Below the pieces are notes generated by a model that saw only the letters and a program-made list of their open reading frames with translations, searched no databases and was not told the origin of the DNA. Both the position numbers and the translations under genes were made by a program. This document shows positions 1 to 6,321 of a stretch of 48,954 nucleotides of DNA, in pieces (the stretch's first letter is position 1; every line of letters starts with the position of its first letter). This stretch comes from a virus (taxonomy: Duplodnaviria > Caudoviricetes): positions 1-48,954 of IMG/VR virus record IMGVR_UViG_3300030330_001909. One strand, 5' to 3'.

Positions 1-192
1 TCTTTGTTTTTTAGTCATATCTTGTTTGATTTTATTGACTAGCTCATCTTTTATCATTGGGTAAAACCCAGGTGCAAATATAGATGTTCTGCCGCTTTCT
101 TCTATAGCTTTTATTTCAGCTTCTAAGTGAGCAACGTAATAGTCAAGTGAATCACATATAAGATTAGACTCCATTTTATTAAATTTTTTCAT
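1..192 (-). CDS. Hypothetical early protein, truncated by window edge (MKKFNKMESNLICDSLDYYVAHLEAEIKAIEESGRTSIFAPGFYP...)
   Basis: Manually translated open frame from ATG at 192 to the window start; the ATG lies 5 nt after motif copy 1. Confidence 0.75.
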   Translation of the reverse strand, partial: MKKFNKMESNLICDSLDYYVAHLEAEIKAIEESGRTSIFAPGFYPMIKDELVNKIKQDMTKKQR

Positions 193-197
193 ATTAT

Positions 198-228
198 TAT
201 TATCCTGTAGTGTTCGTATTTAGTTTGT
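198..228 (-). promoter_or_regulatory. Repeated early promoter-like motif, copy 1
   Basis: Plus strand TATTATC-N10-CGTATTTAGTTTGT = minus ACAAACTAAATACG-N10-GATAATA. Confidence 0.8.
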
Positions 229-230
229 AA

Positions 231-563
231 TTAAGGCTCTAGTGTTTGTAATACTCTGTATAATATATCACTATGTTGTTCACGATACCACTCATGCCAA
301 GCGTCTTCAAATAGTTCTTCGCCCGCTTCAGTTAAGTAATTATTTTGTCTAAACATATAATTTTTACTCATCTCATCAGCTACAGCTTGAAATATTATAT
401 CATAAAATTGATCTTGTAAGTTGTTGACTATCAAGTCTTTAGCTTGTTTAAGCATGAACTCATCGCCTGCTATATCTTTATGCTTTGGCTCGTCAGTAGT
501 ATGTATATTAGCTATACCTTGGTACTCTTTAGTTTGTCTTAGTTCATTCATAGTTTTCTTCAT
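231..563 (-). CDS. Hypothetical acidic protein
   Basis: 110-aa ORF, coupled to the upstream ORF. Confidence 0.75.
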   Translation of the reverse strand: MKKTMNELRQTKEYQGIANIHTTDEPKHKDIAGDEFMLKQAKDLIVNNLQDQFYDIIFQAVADEMSKNYMFRQNNYLTEAGEELFEDAWHEWYREQHSDILYRVLQTLEP

Positions 564-750
564 AATCTTCTAATATTTCTTGTATAAACTCTTGATCGTC
601 CATTATTTCTTGAGCTAAATGTAATATTTCTCTAAGACCTTCTAGTTCATAATTATTTAGTTCATCTGTTTCACCATTGTTAATAGCTTGTACACAGTCT
701 CTTAAATCTCTTGCAGTGTTTTCAAACCTGCAATAACTCATATTTCCCAT
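544..750 (-). CDS. Small phage protein (MSYCRFENT..DL.DC motif)
   Basis: 68-aa ORF; N-terminal motif recalled from phage hypothetical proteins. Confidence 0.75.
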   Translation of the reverse strand: MGNMSYCRFENTARDLRDCVQAINNGETDELNNYELEGLREILHLAQEIMDDQEFIQEILEDYEENYE

Positions 751-751
751 A

Positions 752-910
752 TTATTTATAGTTATTATCCATAGCGCAATGTATTACATTTTGTTCTAAG
801 AATGTTGTTAAATCTTCTATAAACTCATTTGATTTATAGTATCCGGTGTTACCATTTACATAGTCATTTACCATAAATACTACCTCTTGTAATGCTTCTT
901 TGTCGCTCAT
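752..910 (-). CDS. Hypothetical protein, 52 aa (MSDKEALQEVVFMVNDYVNG...)
   Basis: Manual translation; ATGA overlap with the upstream ORF. Confidence 0.65.
   Translation of the reverse strand: MSDKEALQEVVFMVNDYVNGNTGYYKSNEFIEDLTTFLEQNVIHCAMDNNYK
763..794 (-). promoter_or_regulatory. Degenerate copy of the early motif
   Basis: TATTATC-N10-TGTATTACATTTTGT, 12 nt before the ATG at 750. Confidence 0.4.
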
Positions 911-1077
911 TTTATTAGTGTGTTAATTATTTTAGTTATTAGTTTGTCAGCGTCATCGACATACTTGTCATTAGTTTCGGTATAACCTAGTTCTTCAAAC
1001 ATATAGTAGTCTAGCTCGTTATAAAGCACTGTAACCATTCTATCACAGATCTTTTCTATTACTTCTTGCTCGGTCAT
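907..1077 (-). CDS. Hypothetical protein, 56 aa (MTEQEVIEKICDRMVTVLYNELDYYMFEELG...)
   Basis: Manual translation; ATGA overlaps at both ends. Confidence 0.7.
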   Translation of the reverse strand: MTEQEVIEKICDRMVTVLYNELDYYMFEELGYTETNDKYVDDADKLITKIINTLIK

Positions 1078-1355
1078 ATTAGTTCAAGTTTTTTAATTAG
1101 TTCTTGTGATTTGTACTTTAGCATATGTTTACCATGATTATTTAGTAACATTCTATGTAATACATTAGTTACACCATGTGTACCTTGCACATGAAATGAT
1201 TGGCCATCTTTTTGACTATCAAAATCATAGAACATAGATCCACCATACTTGTCTGATAGTTTTTCTACATCAACTATAAATTTGTCTACTATTTGTCTAC
1301 ACTCTGAGCTTATCTTTTGCTGAAGTGCTTTTTCTATTGCGTTAGTATCTTTCAT
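1074..1355 (-). CDS. Hypothetical protein
   Basis: 93-aa ORF in the coupled array. Confidence 0.75.
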   Translation of the reverse strand: MKDTNAIEKALQQKISSECRQIVDKFIVDVEKLSDKYGGSMFYDFDSQKDGQSFHVQGTHGVTNVLHRMLLNNHGKHMLKYKSQELIKKLELI

Positions 1356-1510
1356 TTTTTATTTTTAGTCTCATTATACGCCTTTTTCAACTGGGCGATC
1401 TCAGTTTGACACTTTCTTATTTGTTCTTTATTACCAACTTCTTGATAGAATTGTGTCCAAGAGTACAAGTTTTGTAGTTTTTTGGTAATTTGTAATTGTT
1501 TTACGCTCAT
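1352..1510 (-). CDS. Hypothetical helical protein, 52 aa (MSVKQLQITKKLQNLYSWTQFYQEVG...)
   Basis: Manual translation; fills the gap, ATGA overlap. Confidence 0.7.
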   Translation of the reverse strand: MSVKQLQITKKLQNLYSWTQFYQEVGNKEQIRKCQTEIAQLKKAYNETKNKK

Positions 1511-1511
1511 A

Positions 1512-1727
1512 TTATCGTAACATTGTGCCGTAACCTTTACGGCGTGTTAGTTTGGCGATGCGCTTTGCATCTGCTCTGGATAATATTTGTATACTATTAC
1601 CCGTTTTATGGTTGATAACTGGAGCGCAACCATAACGCTCTACGGTAGAACATGGTACACATGTACTATAACCGTACTTAATTCTAACTGGGTGCAGCTC
1701 TTCGCCGCATTTGCAATGTGTATTCAT
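1512..1727 (-). CDS. C4 zinc-finger protein, TraR/DksA-finger-like
   Basis: CKCGEELHPVRIKYGYSTCVPC resembles the C..CG..I...R......C..C finger; likely start is the ATG at 1727, 5 nt after motif copy 2. Confidence 0.7.
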   Translation of the reverse strand: MNTHCKCGEELHPVRIKYGYSTCVPCSTVERYGCAPVINHKTGNSIQILSRADAKRIAKLTRRKGYGTMLR

Positions 1728-1732
1728 ATACA

Positions 1733-1763
1733 TATTATCGATTAGTCTTCGTATTTTGTTTGT
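1733..1763 (-). promoter_or_regulatory. Early motif copy 2
   Basis: TATTATC-N10-CGTATTTTGTTTGT. Confidence 0.8.
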
Positions 1764-1857
1764 GTTTAATTTTACGAGTATATTTCTTTTTATTTCTTTG
1801 TATTGAAGGACGCATAGCATCGTATATTTCCTTCATAGTTACTTTTATTTCTTTCAT
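1735..1857 (-). CDS. 40-aa basic peptide with ArfA-like C-terminal motif
   Basis: MKEIKVTMKEIYDAMRPSIQRNKKKYTRKIKHKQNTKTNR. Confidence 0.6.
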   Translation of the reverse strand: MKEIKVTMKEIYDAMRPSIQRNKKKYTRKIKHKQNTKTNR

Positions 1858-1932
1858 AGAGCGAGAGAGAGGATTCGAACCTCTCATGTCTAGAACAGTT
1901 CATCACTTTTACATATGACACCGAACCTCGCT
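1857..1932 (-). ncRNA. tRNA-like RNA or degenerate tRNA (T arm and acceptor stem, no canonical D arm)
   Basis: T arm AGAGG-TTCGAAT-CCTCT; acceptor GCGAGG/TCTCGC; helix GTGTC/GACAT; ends T-CTA. Confidence 0.65.
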
Positions 1933-1955
1933 GTCCACGTCAAGCCGTCGCTCGA

Positions 1956-2099
1956 CTAGTCGATTACAAATGTTAAACCTTTATAATTGAACCAACTATT
2001 TCTCTCGTATGGTACATCGTTTAACTTGTAACCTTTAATCATTTTGCCATCTAATTTTATTAGTGACCTATTGCTTGGATAAAATTTAATTGTTTTCAT
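1956..2099 (-). CDS. Hypothetical protein, 47 aa (MKTIKFYPSNRSLIKLDGKMIKGY...)
   Basis: Manual translation; ATG 7 nt after motif copy 3. Confidence 0.7.
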   Translation of the reverse strand: MKTIKFYPSNRSLIKLDGKMIKGYKLNDVPYERNSWFNYKGLTFVID

Positions 2100-2106
2100 A
2101 TATATA

Positions 2107-2137
2107 TATTATCTTTTAGTAATCGTAATTAATCTGT
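2107..2137 (-). promoter_or_regulatory. Early motif copy 3
   Basis: TATTATC-N10-CGTAATTAATCTGT. Confidence 0.75.
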
Positions 2138-2380
2138 ACAGTCAGTTACTTTTTTATTGTATTTTAAAGCTAATGAACATTTAGTATTTATTATTACGAT
2201 CATATAGTTATCAGCTACATACCTTGGTATGTCACCATTTGCATAATCTTCTTGTAGCCACTTTTGCATTTCATTTAAGTTATGAATACATTTGTCTACA
2301 TTTTTACTATAATATATTCTATCTCTTTTCATTGCACAGCTACTCAATAATATAGTAATTGCTATAAATATCTTTTTCAT
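2129..2380 (-). CDS. Putative lipoprotein
   Basis: MKKIFIAITILLSSC signal peptide and lipobox. Confidence 0.75.
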   Translation of the reverse strand: MKKIFIAITILLSSCAMKRDRIYYSKNVDKCIHNLNEMQKWLQEDYANGDIPRYVADNYMIVIINTKCSLALKYNKKVTDCTD

Positions 2381-2517
2381 ATAGTTTCTGGTGTTTTATT
2401 TACTAATTCACGCACTTTAGCACCTAAATCAGCGTCATTTGGATATTTAATTTTTAACTCTCTTACTTGCAGCCATCTTACTTTTTCAATAGATCGCCAT
2501 GCTTCTTCATGTATCAT
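2377..2517 (-). CDS. Hypothetical protein, 46 aa (YPND.DLG.KVR motif)
   Basis: Manual translation; ATGA overlaps. Confidence 0.65.
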   Translation of the reverse strand: MIHEEAWRSIEKVRWLQVRELKIKYPNDADLGAKVRELVNKTPETI

Positions 2518-2717
2518 AGTTGTTCAAATTTTATATCACCATTATCATCAAACCAGGTGTGATCAGGATCTATTAGTAACTCACCATCGTAAATCTTTCT
2601 TGCTTGGTTGTAAGCGTATTGCCATTTTTGGGTTTCAGTACCTGCTGTTTGCTTAGTACCATAATATCCGGCTAAGATATCTTTTGTTATAGCCTCTATA
2701 GCTTGTAATTCATTCAT
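2514..2717 (-). CDS. Hypothetical protein
   Basis: 67-aa ORF. Confidence 0.7.
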   Translation of the reverse strand: MNELQAIEAITKDILAGYYGTKQTAGTETQKWQYAYNQARKIYDGELLIDPDHTWFDDNGDIKFEQL

Positions 2718-2877
2718 TATCTATTATTTCTATGGTTCTTTGGTATAAACCTTCTACTGTTGACCACACTTCACGGCCCTCACACTCATCGATGAAGAAG
2801 GCTTTTTCATCTGGAGTATATTCAGTGATCTGAGTTAATTTAATTAACTTGTGAGGACGTGTAGTCTTTACTTTCAT
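2710..2877 (-). CDS. Hypothetical protein, 55 aa (MKVKTTRPHKLIKLTQITEY...)
   Basis: Manual translation. Confidence 0.6.
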   Translation of the reverse strand: MKVKTTRPHKLIKLTQITEYTPDEKAFFIDECEGREVWSTVEGLYQRTIEIIDNE

Positions 2878-3027
2878 TTAGAAAAATGTTCTTATAATCT
2901 CTTTTACTACTGCAACCATTGCTGGTATCCATACTGCAAAGAATATTGTAGTCATTACAGTTGCATAGATTTTTAACATTTTTTCTTCGACTGCTGCATA
3001 GCAGAATTTTATTAATTTAGCTTTCAT
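2878..3027 (-). CDS. Small membrane protein, 49 aa
   Basis: Hydrophobic stretch IYATVMTTIFFAVWIPAMVAVV; ATGA overlap. Confidence 0.65.
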   Translation of the reverse strand: MKAKLIKFCYAAVEEKMLKIYATVMTTIFFAVWIPAMVAVVKEIIRTFF

Positions 3028-3338
3028 AAGTATTCATTTACTTTTTTTAGTAACTCGTGTATTTGTTCGTTTGGAAAGGTAGAATACACTTCATCTACCT
3101 TTGATTTGACATAGTCAAATGTAAATTCTTTTTGTTCTACTGCAAAATAAGATCTTAGTAGATTTGTTTTAGTGTAACCATAAGGAGATTTAACTTTCTC
3201 ATTTATCATGAGCTTCACACTTTTGTCACCATAGATTATGGCTGTTAATAGATTTGTACTTACATTAACTTTTGAGGCTGTCATCTCGCGAGTTATATTA
3301 GTATCATGTACTAGTGCTTTTATTTCTTTCTCTGTCAT
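3024..3338 (-). CDS. Hypothetical protein
   Basis: 104-aa ORF downstream of motif copy 4. Confidence 0.75.
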   Translation of the reverse strand: MTEKEIKALVHDTNITREMTASKVNVSTNLLTAIIYGDKSVKLMINEKVKSPYGYTKTNLLRSYFAVEQKEFTFDYVKSKVDEVYSTFPNEQIHELLKKVNEYL

Positions 3339-3363
3339 ATTATTATTATTACACGTTTGTATA

Positions 3364-3394
3364 TATTATCTACTGCTTATCGTATTTAGTCTGC
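3364..3394 (-). promoter_or_regulatory. Early motif copy 4
   Basis: TATTATC-N10-CGTATTTAGTCTGC. Confidence 0.8.
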
Positions 3395-3598
3395 GATCTC
3401 TATTAGTAGTTCTTCAGTTGTACTTAAATGATGTAAGTAATAGTCAGCTATAGTACTATCCATACTACCACTGTTAAGATCTTCGATCACCCACTCTTGC
3501 ATATCGCCAATGTAATCGATCGCTAGTTCTACTTTTGTTCCGTCAGGTTGGCAACTAAGTCCACTTAGTACACCAACAATAAATATTAGTTTATTCAT
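3386..3598 (-). CDS. Putative lipoprotein, paralog of 2129..2380
   Basis: Likely start MNKLIFIVGVLSGLSC (lipobox); shares the MQ.W..ED...G......AD.Y core. Confidence 0.7.
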   Translation of the reverse strand: MNKLIFIVGVLSGLSCQPDGTKVELAIDYIGDMQEWVIEDLNSGSMDSTIADYYLHHLSTTEELLIEIAD

Positions 3599-3770
3599 AT
3601 AGTTCACTTTGTGTGTTATAAACTTTGTAGACGCATTGGTAAATATCAATGTGAATATCTTCTAAAAAGTCTACAAATTCTTTTGTTAGTTTAGGTGAGT
3701 TGTTTACCTGATAGCATACTTCGCCATCCGGAAGAGTAATCTCAAACTCATATATAAAATCATTTATCAT
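3591..3770 (-). CDS. Hypothetical protein, 59 aa (MINDFIYEFEITLPDGEVCY...)
   Basis: Manual translation. Confidence 0.6.
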   Translation of the reverse strand: MINDFIYEFEITLPDGEVCYQVNNSPKLTKEFVDFLEDIHIDIYQCVYKVYNTQSELYE

Positions 3771-3774
3771 AGTA

Positions 3775-3846
3775 TTAGTTATTAGAAATAAAATCGTAAA
3801 TAATAAATAGTGATATTATTATTGGTGGTATTGTTAGTAGTATCAT
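3775..3846 (-). CDS. Tiny hydrophobic peptide, 23 aa
   Basis: MILLTIPPIIISLFIIYDFISNN; ATGA overlap with the upstream stop. Confidence 0.4.
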   Translation of the reverse strand: MILLTIPPIIISLFIIYDFISNN

Positions 3847-4046
3847 AGTATTTGACTTAGTATTACGTAAAGATTATCTTGTTTGTCTTTACTTAGTTTA
3901 TCATACTCACCATCTGACTTGCCAGGATAACCGGCTAGGTGATTTACTACTTGCTGAGTATATTCAGCTTGTCTTATTGTTTTAGCCATTTCATCAAATG
4001 CTTTTGACCATGACCAATTGCTAGGATTATTAGGATTATAAGGCAT
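3843..4046 (-). CDS. Hypothetical protein
   Basis: 67-aa ORF. Confidence 0.7.
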   Translation of the reverse strand: MPYNPNNPSNWSWSKAFDEMAKTIRQAEYTQQVVNHLAGYPGKSDGEYDKLSKDKQDNLYVILSQIL

Positions 4047-4143
4047 AAGCGTATTTTTAAAAGTTAATAAATTAGTTTGGTGGCATCATATGCTCGTATT
4101 ATTTATAGTCGTTAAGGTATGATGATCAACACCGACTTTATTA

Positions 4144-4174
4144 TATTATCTATGAGTTATCGTATTTAGACTGT
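4144..4174 (-). promoter_or_regulatory. Early motif copy 5
   Basis: TATTATC-N10-CGTATTTAGACTGT. Confidence 0.8.
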
Positions 4175-4276
4175 ACAATAGTCAATGATTACTATGATTG
4201 ATAATATAGTCATTACTGAAATAGTTATGGTAGTTTCTAAGTTAAACCAGAGCATATTTTTTTGATACTTATTCAT
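4166..4276 (-). CDS. Small membrane peptide, 36 aa
   Basis: MNKYQKNMLWFNLETTITISVMTILSIIVIIDYCTV; stop codon inside motif copy 5. Confidence 0.5.
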   Translation of the reverse strand: MNKYQKNMLWFNLETTITISVMTILSIIVIIDYCTV

Positions 4277-4370
4277 TTTAAAAAGGTGTTAAATAGTTTA
4301 TAAATTGTTTAGTAGTGTATAGGTATAGTGCTATACTTCACTGTATGTAATTAAATATTAATTACGAGTA

Positions 4371-4418
4371 AGTGTGACATTAGCTAGCTAGACTATATAG
4401 AGTAACTAGCTATTGTCA
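4371..4418. repeat. Imperfect dyad site A (TGACA...TGTCA)
   Basis: AGTGTGACATTAGCTAGCTAG...GTAACTAGCTATTGTCA; related copy at 5104-5151. Confidence 0.75.
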
Positions 4419-4425
4419 TGTGTTA

Positions 4426-4665
4426 CTATTTAGTAACTTCACTTAAATCTCTACAGAATTTTGGTACTGTATTAGAGTTAGTGTATGAGCCATACTCTTG
4501 AAAGCAAGGCATACTTTCAAACTTTTCTTGAAATGTTGAGTAAATTTCATCATGATCATAAGTGAAAGTTTGATCTTTTTTGTTAGTGAAAGTTATCACT
4601 TTGTTTTCGCCAATTAGAGACTTTCTAATTACGAATCTTTTAGTAGTTAAATTATTATTTGACAT
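4426..4665 (-). CDS. Hypothetical protein
   Basis: 79-aa ORF downstream of motif copy 6. Confidence 0.8.
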   Translation of the reverse strand: MSNNNLTTKRFVIRKSLIGENKVITFTNKKDQTFTYDHDEIYSTFQEKFESMPCFQEYGSYTNSNTVPKFCRDLSEVTK

Positions 4666-4702
4666 AGTTGTTATATTTATTAGTTTAACATTTATTTATT
4701 AT

Positions 4703-4733
4703 TATTATCGTTAGTTGCACGTATTTAGTCTGT
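4703..4733 (-). promoter_or_regulatory. Early motif copy 6
   Basis: TATTATC-N10-CGTATTTAGTCTGT. Confidence 0.8.
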
Positions 4734-4736
4734 ATA

Positions 4737-4862
4737 TTAAATACCATTAAAAGAAATGTAGTTAATAATTCCATACGTTAATACATTGTAGAATATTACT
4801 GACCACATAAGTAAGATAAATATTCCAGTGATATAGTTGAGGTTATTTTTTAAAGTTTTCAT
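4737..4862 (-). CDS. Small membrane protein, 41 aa
   Basis: MKTLKNNLNYITGIFILLMWSVIFYNVLTYGIINYISFNGI; first ORF after motif copy 7. Confidence 0.6.
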   Translation of the reverse strand: MKTLKNNLNYITGIFILLMWSVIFYNVLTYGIINYISFNGI

Positions 4863-4902
4863 AAGCATTATATTAGATTAAGTTATTAAGTTTATTTATA
4901 TA

Positions 4903-4933
4903 TATTATCTATTATGCATCGTAGTTAGTTTGT
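4903..4933 (-). promoter_or_regulatory. Early motif copy 7
   Basis: TATTATC-N10-CGTAGTTAGTTTGT. Confidence 0.8.
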
Positions 4934-5103
4934 AAAACGTAAAACGTTGAGCAAAAATGTCAATTTTAAACGTAAATGCGTATATATGAAAAAAATATAA
5001 AATGATCGCAGGGGGCCCGTAAATCTAAAATTCGTTTTCGTAACGTATTGATTATCAGTAGGTTAGGGTTAAGTACTTTACTTCTATATATCTAATACCA
5101 ATA

Positions 5104-5151
5104 GTGACAATAGGTAGTTAGATTAGTAGAATAACAGGCAAATGTCACACT
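5104..5151. repeat. Imperfect dyad site B
   Basis: GTGACAATAGGTAGTTAG...ATAACAGGCAAATGTCACACT; its reverse complement matches the ends of site A. Confidence 0.75.
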
Positions 5152-5221
5152 GTAAAAAAGTAAAAATAGTGATTTACCTGTAATTAACTAAATTAAGTAC
5201 GTACGAAAAATATTTAAACAA

Positions 5222-6310
5222 ATGGCAAGTTATAAACTAAAAAATAAAAACGCAGTTGGAATGATGGCATCGTCGCCATTATACACCACACCTAAGCCTG
5301 ATCCATCAGATTATGATATGACTGATGAAGGGGATAGAAATCTTTATAATGAAAAACTAGACAGTTGGCATAGAAGTCAACAAAAAGGATCTGAAATAAA
5401 AGGTAGTCAAATATCTGAAAAAGGCACAAAATTTGTAAAAGGTGCCATGCAAGGTCAAAATCCTAATGTTCAGTTTGGTGGTGATGGAAGAAGAATACTA
5501 AAATCTGGAGGTGGTAATGTTGGTGCTAGTTCTGGTACCGGTGGTGGTAAAAATGAAAATGTTACAGGTATTCCCATTAGTCCTAGAATAGGTGGCGGTG
5601 GTATAGGTTCTGGGCTTGCTAGTTCTTTTACAGGTTTAGGTAAATTAGGTACTACGTTTAATCCTGATCCTTTAGTTATTCCTCCACCTGCTACTAAAGA
5701 TAAAAAAGATAAAAAAACAAGTACAAATAATAATAAAAAAACTAATACTCAGACAAAACCAACTAAATCTACTGGAACAGGTACACAAACTAAAGTTAAA
5801 AAAGGCCCTGCTTCTACTAGTATTAAGCCAATGCAAGGTTTAGTTGATCTAGGTGGCAGTGATTTAACTCAAAATATCTCAAAAGTACGTGCAACAGTAG
5901 AAAGAGCTAGAAGTGCTGACCACGATTTAATTTCAAGCAGGCCAAAATCAGGCGGTAGAGTGGGTAGAGTAGCTAGAAGACAGCAAGCAAAGACAGACAG
6001 AGTGTTAGGAAGACTAGAAAATAGAGCTCAAATACGAGGAATTAGAGAAACTGAACGCGGTAAACGACAAGCAGGTAGAGAATCTGCAAAACAAGAGCGA
6101 AAAAATCTATTAATGGACAATCCTGTTGCAAAAGACGCGGCAGGTGGTAGAAAATCTAGCAAACCTAAGACAGGATCGCAAGATTTTACAGGCATGAAAG
6201 GTGATAAACCTAGACAAAATCAAGGTTTTGACTACTCAAAAGGTGGAAAAAGCAAAAGATCTAAGAAAAAAGCGCAAAGAGGACATGAAGCGCAAAAATA
6301 TGGAATTTAA
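5222..6310 (+). CDS. Basic low-complexity protein (putative internal virion protein)
   Basis: 362 aa, G/K/R/T-rich, N-terminal MASYKLK...MASSPLY. Confidence 0.75.
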   Translation: MASYKLKNKNAVGMMASSPLYTTPKPDPSDYDMTDEGDRNLYNEKLDSWHRSQQKGSEIKGSQISEKGTKFVKGAMQGQNPNVQFGGDGRRILKSGGGNVGASSGTGGGKNENVTGIPISPRIGGGGIGSGLASSFTGLGKLGTTFNPDPLVIPPPATKDKKDKKTSTNNNKKTNTQTKPTKSTGTGTQTKVKKGPASTSIKPMQGLVDLGGSDLTQNISKVRATVERARSADHDLISSRPKSGGRVGRVARRQQAKTDRVLGRLENRAQIRGIRETERGKRQAGRESAKQERKNLLMDNPVAKDAAGGRKSSKPKTGSQDFTGMKGDKPRQNQGFDYSKGGKSKRSKKKAQRGHEAQKYGI

Positions 6311-6321
6311 AAAGCAAAAAA

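Noticed and set aside
1728-1820. ORF-track N-terminal extensions (1820, 3649, 10503, 13463, 14873)
   Set aside because: Downstream starts fit the motif, signal peptides or gene coupling better
1718-1918. Plus-strand ORFs in the early region (also 3238..3453)
   Set aside because: Antisense shadows of minus-strand genes and of the tRNA-like element
1857-1932. Canonical tRNA with an assignable anticodon, or tmRNA
   Set aside because: No D arm or clear 7-nt anticodon loop; no G3-U70 pair or tag ORF; too short for tmRNA
1952-1963. 12-bp palindrome TCGACTAGTCGA as an operator
   Set aside because: Single occurrence, overlapping a stop codon and the hairpin upstream of the tRNA-like RNA
198-4933. 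CRISPR array or integron attC sites
   Set aside because: Repeats are bipartite, non-palindromic and separated by 200-1500 bp of coding DNA; no cas or integrase gene is seen
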